Assembly: GCA_004402915.1 (NCBI GenBank)
Contig: SORU01000004.1
Location: 11,525-75,524, forward strand
Source: Fidelibacterota bacterium MT.SAG.2
GTDB lineage: Bacteria > Fidelibacterota > SORT01
Reading direction: 5' to 3'
Length of the DNA: 64,000 bases
Shown: positions 18,115-27,049 of the stretch, piece after piece
Numbering within the stretch: position 1 is the first letter of the stretch
Layout of the letters: the number at the start of each line of letters is the position of its first letter
Position numbers and translations under genes: made by a program
The notes under the pieces: model-generated
Seen by the model: only the letters and a program-made list of their open reading frames with translations
What the model was told of the DNA's origin: nothing
The model's database searches: none

Positions 18115-18900
18115 TTAGAGAATTAGATACTTTTTTTTCTTGAAAGATTCGAATAAAATTTTGACGTCAGCACTAAGACTTGGTAAAAATATTTCTTTAT
18201 ACTGTTTTGCCGCGGGATTAAGTAATGAAGATTTTAGAATTTTCTCAGCATGTTTCTTGTCGGATGAATTCGAAAATTCCCATGTACCATTGTTGCTTAT
18301 ATCTTCTCCAATAGAATTCCAAGAAACCTTAAACTCTTTGAACAATTCAATAATTAATCGAGTTTGGTCAATCGGCTCGATACCGTAATCATTTAAATTC
18401 ATTATAAGTCCACCAAACATAACTGCGAGAGGTACTACATGACCAATGTTTTCTCGTTTTTTCCTCACTCTAAAAGTTGATTTTAATTTCTTAATTATAT
18501 CTTCAATTTCACTTGGTTCAGGAAGCGTCTGAAGTTTTTCAAATGCAAAGTCATTATAAGTCTTTAAAGTATTTAGGAAGTGTTCTTCTGCGGCTATATG
18601 TTCTTTAATGTAATCTCTGATAAATTTATAATGTTTCATTCTATTTTTTTCACTTTGTTCCATATAAAAAACTGCATGTATCAGAGTACTAGCCATCCGC
18701 TTAATATCATTTTCGGTTAAATCTGGCTTATAGCTTGAAAGTACACATTTGTCACTACTAAATAATTTTATGAGTCTTGGGAGATTTCGTTGATAAATTT
18801 TATTAATTTTTTTATCAAATTTAACTATTTCATATTTCTTGTCTACTTCGGCAGGCGTTAAGATAATTTTCTGTTTAATATTGGGTTTTATTTTGCCCAA
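18115..18900 (-). CDS. hypothetical protein (261 aa, Lys-rich, island cargo)
   Basis: Long ORF in a very AT-rich region. No motif recognised. Confidence 0.5.
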   Translation of the reverse strand: MGKIKPNIKQKIILTPAEVDKKYEIVKFDKKINKIYQRNLPRLIKLFSSDKCVLSSYKPDLTENDIKRMASTLIHAVFYMEQSEKNRMKHYKFIRDYIKEHIAAEEHFLNTLKTYNDFAFEKLQTLPEPSEIEDIIKKLKSTFRVRKKRENIGHVVPLAVMFGGLIMNLNDYGIEPIDQTRLIIELFKEFKVSWNSIGEDISNNGTWEFSNSSDKKHAEKILKSSLLNPAAKQYKEIFLPSLSADVKILFESFKKKKYLIL

Positions 18901-19063
18901 TGTAAATCTCCATCTAAATTAAACATCTTGTATAAAATATGGTATATAACCCTGATACACAAACCCATATAATGTATCCACTCAATTATATTTTATACTA
19001 ATCAGGGAAACCTCGTGGAAATATTTAAATTATGTGTGCGTGTGGCATATATATATTAATGAA

Positions 19064-19098
19064 GGGGTACCCCCGCTTGGTTGGGGGGTAGGGGGTAG
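19064..19098 (+). repeat. island GC-rich motif, copy d (GGGGTACCCCCGCTTGGTTGGGGGGTAGGGGGTAG)
   Basis: GGGGTACCCC palindrome followed by G-tracts. Aligns with copies a and c. Confidence 0.5.
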
Positions 19099-19345
19099 TG
19101 CTATATAACTTGATATTAAGTCCTGATTAATACTCTTTTAAATAGATCGATTATTGCACATGAGTATAGTATATACGCACTCGAATGCTTGTAAATATAG
19201 ATCACAGGTCTATCCGGTATTAATTCCGGTATCATTGGTCCTCTCAAACAATTATTAATATGCCAAAATGGACTTCTTCAGCTAATAATTTAGGCGGACT
19301 AAGAAATAGAAAAAGAATTGGCCCAAATTAGTTTTGTAACTCTGG

Positions 19346-19828
19346 CTATTTGTCAAAGAACTGATACCACCGAGGTGAATGTAGATCCCTAAAAAAATCG
19401 AAGGGAGTCTGATCATAATCTGGGTTAAGATCCGCTTCAAGTGACTCAATTACGGTGATATATAAATCTGTTTGGTCACTGGATATTAACCTTCTAACGA
19501 AGGCTTCTTTCACTACATTTGTATCTACTAATTTATAAATCTTAAAAAAATAATGTGAGACAAATCTTCTGGCCCTATCCAATTCATCTGTGGGAAGATC
19601 ATCTGTACCCGCTGAACGATCATTCCAGATACTAAGAAGTCTCAGATTTTCCAGCATCTCATGAGAAGCATATTCACTGAGAAGCTTAAGTATAATCGGA
19701 GCTCGAATTGCTTTATTCGTAATCCTTGCTGAGCGCCACGCTGCGCCAGCAGCGACTGCAGCGGATACTGCAGTCAGCAAGGATATAAACGGAATCCATG
19801 GTTTTAAATGGACAAGAAATTCATTCAT
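19346..19828 (-). CDS. small single-pass membrane protein (160 aa; size and layout reminiscent of DUF4760, unverified)
   Basis: N-terminal TM WIPFISLLTAVSAAVAAGAAW, then a helical soluble domain. Confidence 0.5.
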   Translation of the reverse strand: MNEFLVHLKPWIPFISLLTAVSAAVAAGAAWRSARITNKAIRAPIILKLLSEYASHEMLENLRLLSIWNDRSAGTDDLPTDELDRARRFVSHYFFKIYKLVDTNVVKEAFVRRLISSDQTDLYITVIESLEADLNPDYDQTPFDFFRDLHSPRWYQFFDK

Positions 19829-19884
19829 TTCACATCTCGTAATTGATTATTCAACCCTCATAATCTTCTGGACGGAGTTGATAT

Positions 19885-20454
19885 TCATTTTATAAATCCA
19901 GAAAATACTTCATCAAAGTCTCTAATGAATACGAGATGTTGATTTGATATTTGTGGATGTATCATAAATACAAGTTTAACAGAGCTGTTAATTGTGCATG
20001 TTACTGTACCTCCCACTACTTCACTGCCTTCGGGTAACATTCTAATAAAGATCTGGGCAAGATCTACATTCTCCAACGATAACACTATTACCCCACTGAG
20101 ACTTTTAGGTGGACTCATTACAACGTTAGCTGTATAGACAACCTGGCCGTTGCCATTTTGTTTTCCATAACTATCGGAGGATTCCAGAACCATCATTGTA
20201 TCATTATTACTTCCTAATGCAAAATAAGTATTTCCATCCATAAAATGTGTATCGATTTTTGCATCTGAATCGATTACTACGTCTATCTTGGCCATAGCAC
20301 TTAGAATTTGTTGACGAAAAGGACTACTTGCCTCAATCCGTTGTGTAAAATAATGAACACCATAAATTGATAGACCAACTAAAACCGTCCCAAAGAGGCC
20401 AATTCCGACAAAGATGGTTCTCCCAGTATCGGGATTCATAGTAGGTTTGTACAC
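19885..20454 (-). CDS. small single-pass membrane protein (189 aa), unknown function
   Basis: N-terminal TM IFVGIGLFGTVLVGLSIYGV. It lies 56 nt upstream of, and co-oriented with, the 160-aa TM protein. Confidence 0.5.
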   Translation of the reverse strand: MYKPTMNPDTGRTIFVGIGLFGTVLVGLSIYGVHYFTQRIEASSPFRQQILSAMAKIDVVIDSDAKIDTHFMDGNTYFALGSNNDTMMVLESSDSYGKQNGNGQVVYTANVVMSPPKSLSGVIVLSLENVDLAQIFIRMLPEGSEVVGGTVTCTINSSVKLVFMIHPQISNQHLVFIRDFDEVFSGFIK

Positions 20455-20684
20455 CAGTCATGTTCTGGATAAAGATTCATATTCAATTGAGGCCCAATAT
20501 AGCCCAAATCAATGTTCCCTTATAAATTTTAGACTCCACTGAAATTATCCTTTTAAAATTTAGTTTAACCGATTCGAAAGAAATATATATCATGAAGTAT
20601 GAACAGAAATATACCTGAGAGAATATCGTAAATCAAGGTCAATTTATTGCTTGAAATTATTAAAATGGTGTGTATATTAGGTAC

Positions 20685-20837
20685 ATGAAGCGAATTAACC
20701 ATCACCTGACAGAAAAACAAATTAAAAAATTGAAGGCGCAATCTAAGAAAAGCGGACTATCCGCTTCGGAGATTATAAGACGTGCCTTGGACGAATATTT
20801 AGAGAGGCTTAAAGAAATGGAACGTACTACTAAATAA
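20685..20837 (+). CDS. ribbon-helix-helix (CopG/Arc/MetJ-like) DNA-binding protein, 50 aa
   Basis: Not in the ORF track because it is under 60 aa. Sequence MKRINHHLTEKQIKKLKAQSKKSGLSASEIIRRALDEYLERLKEMERTTK has the beta-strand, helix, helix layout of RHH repressors and antitoxins. Confidence 0.6.
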   Translation: MKRINHHLTEKQIKKLKAQSKKSGLSASEIIRRALDEYLERLKEMERTTK

Positions 20838-20955
20838 AAAGTTGCAATGCCGATAGCGTCAACTACCGGAGAAGCTTAATTCATGCGGATTTCATTCACT
20901 GCCGATTGAGGTTTGAATAAATGAGATATCTAACAAAGCATAAATTGCTGGAGAG

Positions 20956-21690
20956 ATGATGAACATGACAATTCCCAATCATACGGTCTATAAAAATATC
21001 AGAAAGTTCAGAAATGATAGACTGAAAAATAACGTTGATAAAATAGCAAAAGACTTATTTACCGTTGATGCAACAAAACTTAACGGTCCTATGGTGGTGC
21101 TGCATTGTGTGCCGATTGGAAGTTCGCCTGAACCAGATAAATTAATAGATATTGGTGATTACCACTTACATTTTTCAAATTTATTACGCGGGTATACGGA
21201 TACGAAAACCCATTATGGTTCAAGTGGAATTACCATTAGTGCAGATAACTCATATTGTATGTTTATGAATAAAGGTGCAAAGTTGGAATATGCATCTGTT
21301 CTATTTTCAGATACTGAAAAAAAGCCATATTTTATAGATATACGGAAATTAGAAGGATTCGTTATTCAATTAATGACAGATTATATTTCTATATTGAAAA
21401 ACATAGATATTGGTCCATCAATGGTTGTCCTATTATCGATAATACATACTTCCGATTCCAAGTTAAAGATTTCTGATAAGATAATTAATGATAACAAAGA
21501 ATATTTAAAAGGGATAGAAGGACATAAGATCGATGTCAAGAAATTGTTAGTTCCAGAGATCCTTATTGATGATTATACCAATGACATAAATATGGAAAAA
21601 ATATTTCATCCTATTTTTAATATCATTTGGAATGCTGGTGGATATCCAGGTTCACTATTGTATGATGAGAATGAAAATAGAATTGACTAA
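20956..21690 (+). CDS. hypothetical protein (244 aa) between the RHH gene and the integrase
   Basis: GGAGAG RBS. No motif recognised. Confidence 0.5.
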   Translation: MMNMTIPNHTVYKNIRKFRNDRLKNNVDKIAKDLFTVDATKLNGPMVVLHCVPIGSSPEPDKLIDIGDYHLHFSNLLRGYTDTKTHYGSSGITISADNSYCMFMNKGAKLEYASVLFSDTEKKPYFIDIRKLEGFVIQLMTDYISILKNIDIGPSMVVLLSIIHTSDSKLKISDKIINDNKEYLKGIEGHKIDVKKLLVPEILIDDYTNDINMEKIFHPIFNIIWNAGGYPGSLLYDENENRID

Positions 21691-21705
21691 AATGAGGTTT
21701 TAATC

Positions 21706-22773
21706 ATGGCATCAATTTTTAAGCGTAAAGATACAGGTAAGTGGTATGTTCAGTGGTATTACAAAGGAAAATTATGCCGCGAACTAATAGGTAAATCAAA
21801 AGAAGCAGCTAAAATCAGAATGGGTGAAATTACTCTTAAGATTGAATTAGGACAGTTTTCGATACAATCTAATGCAAGTTTGGAATCATTGATCAAATCA
21901 TTCAAGGAATCATTGGACGCTGAATCGCATTCTGAAAGTTATAAGCGTAGACTTGGTAATATCTTTAATAACTTCGAAAGATATTTCATTGCTGAAAAAA
22001 TCGAAAGATTGAAAGAGGTTGATTTTCCGGTTCTCGATCAATACATCACCAAACGGATAAACCAAGATGGGATTGCTCCTAAAACTGCTAACATGGAGAT
22101 TGATCTGTTACGAAGGATGTTCGATCATGCAGTAAAGTATAAATTCATTCTTGAAAATCCGGCAAAAGAACTAAAGCGCAAAAAAGTTACACGCAAGGAA
22201 CCGAGATATTTTACAAATGAAGAGATAGAACTACTCTTAGAGAATGCCGATAAATATGAACCATTTTTTATGGTTCTATTGCATACGGGGCTCAGAGCCT
22301 CTGATGCCGGAAATCTAAAGTGGTCAGATATCGATCTTGAGAAAGGGTTCATCCGGGTGATTCAGGAGAAAACCGATAGGCGATTAACCATTCCAATTAA
22401 TGATTCTTTGCGGAATTATCTATTGGATTATGCCACTGAATCTTCTAAATTATTTCCATCCTTAGATACTGATAAGAAGAGAGAGAAAGTAAGGCGTTTC
22501 ATTAAGAAGATACTTAAGGACGCTGAATGCGATTGGATGGGAGTAGGCTGTCACACATTCAGACATACATTTGCTTCGCATCTTGTGATAAATGGAGCCA
22601 GTATATATGATGTTCAAAAATTGCTCGGACACAGGTCGATCAGTATGACTCAAGTCTATGCACATTTAAGTGAGGATGCTACACGGAGAGCAGTGGACTT
22701 ATTAGAATTCAATGTTAAAACCGGTATTAATCCGGTATTAATTGCCAGCGGTCATCAGCGGAAAAGGGCATAA
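21706..22773 (+). CDS. int: tyrosine site-specific integrase
   Basis: N-terminal SAM-like domain. Catalytic LHTGLRASD (R) and HTFRHTFASHLVINGASIYDVQKLLGHRSISMTQVYAHL (H-x-x-R, H, Y). Confidence 0.92.
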   Translation: MASIFKRKDTGKWYVQWYYKGKLCRELIGKSKEAAKIRMGEITLKIELGQFSIQSNASLESLIKSFKESLDAESHSESYKRRLGNIFNNFERYFIAEKIERLKEVDFPVLDQYITKRINQDGIAPKTANMEIDLLRRMFDHAVKYKFILENPAKELKRKKVTRKEPRYFTNEEIELLLENADKYEPFFMVLLHTGLRASDAGNLKWSDIDLEKGFIRVIQEKTDRRLTIPINDSLRNYLLDYATESSKLFPSLDTDKKREKVRRFIKKILKDAECDWMGVGCHTFRHTFASHLVINGASIYDVQKLLGHRSISMTQVYAHLSEDATRRAVDLLEFNVKTGINPVLIASGHQRKRA

Positions 22774-22861
22774 ACAGTATGTTTCTGAAAATGGCTATAG
22801 TGGTTAATAACACAGGCGTAAAGCCTTGTTTTATTAGACTTTTAGAGGGTGTAAAAAGAGT

Positions 22862-22945
22862 GCCGGAGGCGGGAGTCGAACCCGCACGCTCTTGCGAGCG
22901 GAGGATTTTGAGTCCTCTGCGTCTACCAGTTTCACCACCCCGGCA
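22862..22945 (-). tRNA. tRNA-Leu(CAA), class II with long variable arm; integration target
   Basis: The reverse complement is GCCGGGGTGGTGAAACTGGTAGACGCAGAGGACTCAAAATCCTCCGCTCGCAAGAGCGTGCGGGTTCGACTCCCGCCTCCGGCA. It has a 7-bp acceptor stem, anticodon loop CT-CAA-AA and T-loop TTCGACT. Confidence 0.9.
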
Positions 22946-23028
22946 TGGAGATGAAATATAAAAAATTGCAAAACAATGTCAATCATATTAGTTAATCATG
23001 TTAGAATTTCGACATTAAGGAGGTAATA

Positions 23029-24822
23029 ATGGATTTTAGATCACTTCCGGATATGCTGCGAACCAACGCAAACAGATATGGTGATAAGGCGGCAATGCTA
23101 ATAAAAAGCGGTGACGAATGGAAAGAGATAACATATGCTGAGTTCGGAGAAAAAGTTCGTCTGATTGCTGAGGGGCTTGTCTCGCTTGGAATTGCGGCAG
23201 GCGAAAAGGTTGCACTACTTTCTGAAAATAGACCGGAGTGGTCTATGAGTGATTTCGGTATTCAGTCAGCGAAAGCGATAGTTGTACCGGTATATCCTAC
23301 TCTGATAAGCAAGCAGATTGAATATATTCTGCGAAATTCCGGAGCTAAATTTATAATTGCATCAACAGCAGAACAAGCTGAGAAGGTAGTACCGCTTCTT
23401 GATAGCATAGAAAATCTATCTAAACTCATTCTGATGGAAGGCGGGGACAACTTCGATAACGAAAGCATAATTTCTTTTGATGATCTTTTAGAAGCAGGTA
23501 AGCAATACAGAAAAAACAACGAAAATTGGTATCATGAGACTGTTGATAAGATCGATAAAATGGAAATGATGACGATAATATACACGTCCGGGACCACGGG
23601 AGATCCTAAAGGAGTTATGCTTTGCCATAATAATTTTATGTCGAATATTGAAGCAGTATTAGAGCCGATCCCGATCTCTAAAGATGATATATTTCTATCT
23701 TTTCTCCCATTGAGTCACGTATTTGAGAGAATGGCAGGAAACTTTGTTCCTTATGCTCTAGGCTCGACAGTTGCTTTTGCTGAAAGTATAGAAAAGGTGG
23801 CGGAGAATATGGGCGAGGTACATCCTACCATAATGACAAGTGTTCCACGTCTGTATGAGAAGATGTATACCAAAATTAATATTGCGGTGGATGAGGGTTC
23901 ACCAGTGAAGAGAAAGCTGTTCCGGTGGTCGTTCAGAATTGGCGATGAGATGCAGAAAGCCCAAAAAGCGGGAACAGTCAGCGCGGGACTGAAGTTTAAG
24001 CATGGGATTGCGAGTAAGCTCGTTTTCAGCAAACTGAAGACTCGGATGGGCGGTAAATTGCGATTCTTTGTTTCAGGCGGAGCGCCGCTATCGCAAGAGA
24101 TCGGCGAGTTTTTTTCAATGGCGGGTATAACCATCATCGAGTGCTACGGTCTAACAGAAACTTCACCCGGGATTACAGCGGGTGTAGCGGGAGATGTTGT
24201 GTTTGGAACAGTTGGACCTCCTCTTAACAACGTAGAGGTCAAAATCGAGGAGGACGGCGAGATACTTACGAGGGGTCCTCATGTTATGTTAGGATATCAT
24301 GACAATGAAGAGGCAACCAAGGAGATAATAGATAGTGATGGTTGGCTCCATACGGGCGATATAGGTGAATTTGATGATGGAGGAAGATTAAAAATAACCG
24401 ACAGGAAAAAGAATATACTCGTCACCGCAGGGGGTAAGAATATAGCGCCTGCTCCGATTGAGAATATGCTTATCACAAGTCCGATTATCGAACAAATAAT
24501 GCTTATTGGTGACCGGCGTAAATTTATCAGCGCGGTAATTGCTCCGGATTTTGTAAACCTCAAATCACTCGCGAAAAAAAGGGGAATCAGCATCTCCTCT
24601 AATGAGGAACTTGTCAGCGATCCCGAAGTATATAAATTGATGGAAGAGGAATTAGACAAATTGCTTGTAGATATTTCTAATTTTGAACGAGTGAAGAAGT
24701 TCATAATGATACCACGTTTATTGACTATAGAGGATGGAGAAATAACACCAAGTCTGAAGATCAAACGAAAAGTTATAATCGAGAAGTTTGCCGGTCAGAT
24801 CGATGCGCTATATGAGGATTAA
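23029..24822 (+). CDS. fadD: long-chain fatty-acid--CoA ligase (AMP-forming)
   Basis: AMP-binding motif IIYTSGTTGDPKGVML, plus GYGLTE-like YGLTETS and GWLHTGD. Confidence 0.85.
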   Translation: MDFRSLPDMLRTNANRYGDKAAMLIKSGDEWKEITYAEFGEKVRLIAEGLVSLGIAAGEKVALLSENRPEWSMSDFGIQSAKAIVVPVYPTLISKQIEYILRNSGAKFIIASTAEQAEKVVPLLDSIENLSKLILMEGGDNFDNESIISFDDLLEAGKQYRKNNENWYHETVDKIDKMEMMTIIYTSGTTGDPKGVMLCHNNFMSNIEAVLEPIPISKDDIFLSFLPLSHVFERMAGNFVPYALGSTVAFAESIEKVAENMGEVHPTIMTSVPRLYEKMYTKINIAVDEGSPVKRKLFRWSFRIGDEMQKAQKAGTVSAGLKFKHGIASKLVFSKLKTRMGGKLRFFVSGGAPLSQEIGEFFSMAGITIIECYGLTETSPGITAGVAGDVVFGTVGPPLNNVEVKIEEDGEILTRGPHVMLGYHDNEEATKEIIDSDGWLHTGDIGEFDDGGRLKITDRKKNILVTAGGKNIAPAPIENMLITSPIIEQIMLIGDRRKFISAVIAPDFVNLKSLAKKRGISISSNEELVSDPEVYKLMEEELDKLLVDISNFERVKKFIMIPRLLTIEDGEITPSLKIKRKVIIEKFAGQIDALYED

Positions 24823-24866
24823 TAGGATAAAATATAGTCGGCGGTAACTGATAATACAGGAAGTAA

Positions 24867-25862
24867 TTGAGAAAAACGTATAAGGATGCGGGAGTTGATA
24901 TCGCCGCGGCTGTAAACACACTGAAAGATATCGGCGAACTTGCCAAGTCAACATATTCTCCAAATGTTCTATCAACTGTCGGTAGTTTCGGCGCGCAATT
25001 TCTTTTTCCCGCAGAAGATTATGATAAACCCGTTTTAGTCTCTTCCACAGATGGGGTTGGAACAAAAACTCTGGTTGCTGCCGAGATGGGGATCTATAAT
25101 ACTGTTGGCGAGGATTTACTGAACCACTGTGTAAATGATATATTGACTGTCGGAGCAAAGCCGTTATTTATGTTAGACTACATCGGCGTTGGAAAACTTA
25201 ATTCTTCGGATATGACCGAGCTGATCAGCGGATTAGTAAAAGCATGTAAGGAGACAGGTTGTTCTCTTATTGGAGGAGAGATGGCGGAAATGCCTGAAAT
25301 ATACAGAGATTCTCACTATGATCTGGTCGGAACTATCGTTGGCGTAGTGGAGCAAGACCGGATTCTTGACGGTAAGAACATAAAAATCGGAGACATCTTG
25401 ATAGGGCTACCATCGAACGGGCTCCATACAAACGGCTTTACACTTGCAAGGAATATACTTTTTGAAGATATGTCCATAACGGAATATAATTCTGCTTTAG
25501 ACTCTATTCTCGGAGAGGAATTACTCAGGGTTCATAAATGTTATCTCAATTCCGTTGAACCGTTATTGAGTCAAAATTTGGTTTCAGGATTAGCCCACAT
25601 AACAGGTGGAGGCATTGAAGGAAACACTTCAAGGCTCTTAAGCGACGGTTTATCGTTACAAATCGATTGGAATTCCTGGCAGCCTCAACCTATATTTGAT
25701 CTTATTCAAGAAACCGGAGAGGTGCCTGAAAAGGAGATGCAAAAAACTTTCAATATGGGAATTGGCTTTGTTGTCGTGTGCAGCGAAGAAAATGTGGCCA
25801 GAGTAACTGAATTAGCTGGAAACAGTGGAGAAAAACCGGAAGTGATCGGGAAGATAGTTTGA
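24867..25862 (+). CDS. purM: phosphoribosylformylglycinamidine cyclo-ligase (AIR synthetase)
   Basis: N-terminal YKDAGVDI, DGVGTK and GGEMAEMP motifs. TTG start. Confidence 0.9.
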   Translation: MRKTYKDAGVDIAAAVNTLKDIGELAKSTYSPNVLSTVGSFGAQFLFPAEDYDKPVLVSSTDGVGTKTLVAAEMGIYNTVGEDLLNHCVNDILTVGAKPLFMLDYIGVGKLNSSDMTELISGLVKACKETGCSLIGGEMAEMPEIYRDSHYDLVGTIVGVVEQDRILDGKNIKIGDILIGLPSNGLHTNGFTLARNILFEDMSITEYNSALDSILGEELLRVHKCYLNSVEPLLSQNLVSGLAHITGGGIEGNTSRLLSDGLSLQIDWNSWQPQPIFDLIQETGEVPEKEMQKTFNMGIGFVVVCSEENVARVTELAGNSGEKPEVIGKIV

Positions 25863-27046
25863 AAAGCCAAAATCGGATTTTCAAGCACGTCACAAAACTG
25901 AAACTTCTGCTGTCATGCACTATACTCTTACTGTTAACTGATTCTTTGTATTCGCAGCCAACTTCCATCCTAACCTCAAAAAAAGCTATCAGGTATAATA
26001 GGGTCGAAGGTCTTCATCTTGGTACTAATATTAAATTATTCGAGATGAACGGTGGGAAAATACGCACAATTGCCTTTGGCGGTTACGGCTTCAGTTCCGA
26101 TGAATTAACGTATGGCGCGGGAATTAATTACAATAGTAAAAAAGCGACAGGATACGCGGGATCATTAAACTATTCACATGATATATCTACGAATGATGAA
26201 AATGTAATGGGTTGGTTGGAAAATTCAACCGCTGCATTCTTTGCAAAAAAAGATTTTCTGGATTACTTCCTGACCACTGGAGCAAGGGCGTCAATACTAT
26301 ACAGAATCAGCAGAAAACATGAAATTTCTACAAAATTTCATTCTTTAGAATATGAGAGTGTTGATTCAATGGATGTATGGAGTTTCTACGAGCTCATTGA
26401 CTCTGATAGAAAATATCGCAAAAATCCTGCTATCAAGGAAGAAAGAGAAACAAGAGTAACCATCGGGTATGCTTTCGATTCGCGAATAAACCAATTCATG
26501 CTCACGGATGATTTCATTTTTAATATCAGTTTAGAAAAAGCAGGCGGAGCTTTTGGCGGATACTTTGAATATAACGGATTAAACATAAATATTAAAAAGT
26601 ACAAAAGAACGTTTGGGCCACAGATGCTTATTGTACGAGGGTTTTTGGGTGTCAGGGATCGGAAGGTCAACGAACAATTTTTATACGATCTCGGTGGAAT
26701 CGGCACTCTTCGCGGGTACGGTCATAAAGAGTTCACCGGTAACAGAGTTGGTATGGTGAATGTAGATTACATGTTCAACAGGGCTATCTTTAAATTGCTT
26801 CCCCTAAAATTCCTGCCATTTTATCCTACAATGGGTTTAATAGCCTTTTTTGACGCAGGATGGACAAATCTCGGCGCTGATAGCACACCTCTCTCATTAA
26901 GCAGATCATTTAACAGCAGCGATATCAAAACTAATATCGGAGTGGGGTATTCACTTTTCCGCGATATGATAAGAATAAATTTTGCAAAACGTTTAGATGG
27001 TGAAGACGGTATTAAATTTACACTACGATTTTTCCAAAGGATATAA
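25859..27046 (+). CDS. outer-membrane beta-barrel protein (Omp85/surface-antigen-like C-terminal region)
   Basis: Signal peptide. DLGGIGTLRGYGHKEFTGNR is typical of Bac_surface_Ag barrels. Its TTG start overlaps the purM stop (TTGA). Confidence 0.55.
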   Translation: MKSQNRIFKHVTKLKLLLSCTILLLLTDSLYSQPTSILTSKKAIRYNRVEGLHLGTNIKLFEMNGGKIRTIAFGGYGFSSDELTYGAGINYNSKKATGYAGSLNYSHDISTNDENVMGWLENSTAAFFAKKDFLDYFLTTGARASILYRISRKHEISTKFHSLEYESVDSMDVWSFYELIDSDRKYRKNPAIKEERETRVTIGYAFDSRINQFMLTDDFIFNISLEKAGGAFGGYFEYNGLNINIKKYKRTFGPQMLIVRGFLGVRDRKVNEQFLYDLGGIGTLRGYGHKEFTGNRVGMVNVDYMFNRAIFKLLPLKFLPFYPTMGLIAFFDAGWTNLGADSTPLSLSRSFNSSDIKTNIGVGYSLFRDMIRINFAKRLDGEDGIKFTLRFFQRI

Positions 27047-27049
27047 ACG

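Larger units (their letters stand above)
10152..22886. mobile_element. tRNA-Leu-integrated, self-replicating genomic island (integrative plasmid / phage-satellite-like, about 12.7 kb)
   Basis: A 26-bp direct repeat lies at both ends and the integrase is next to the intact tRNA. Xis-like HTH, O-like initiator with iterons and DnaB are present. No capsid, tail or terminase genes. The backbone is very AT-rich. Confidence 0.75.

Noticed and set aside
20647-20678. Sigma-70-like promoter (TTGCTT ... TATATT) for the RHH gene
   Set aside because: The spacer is about 20 nt, which is too long for a canonical promoter. The promoter consensus of this lineage is unknown, so I cannot support the call.
22779-22961. 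60-aa ORF overlapping tRNA-Leu
   Set aside because: Its sequence is simply the complement of the tRNA gene plus the att region, and the tRNA fold is complete.
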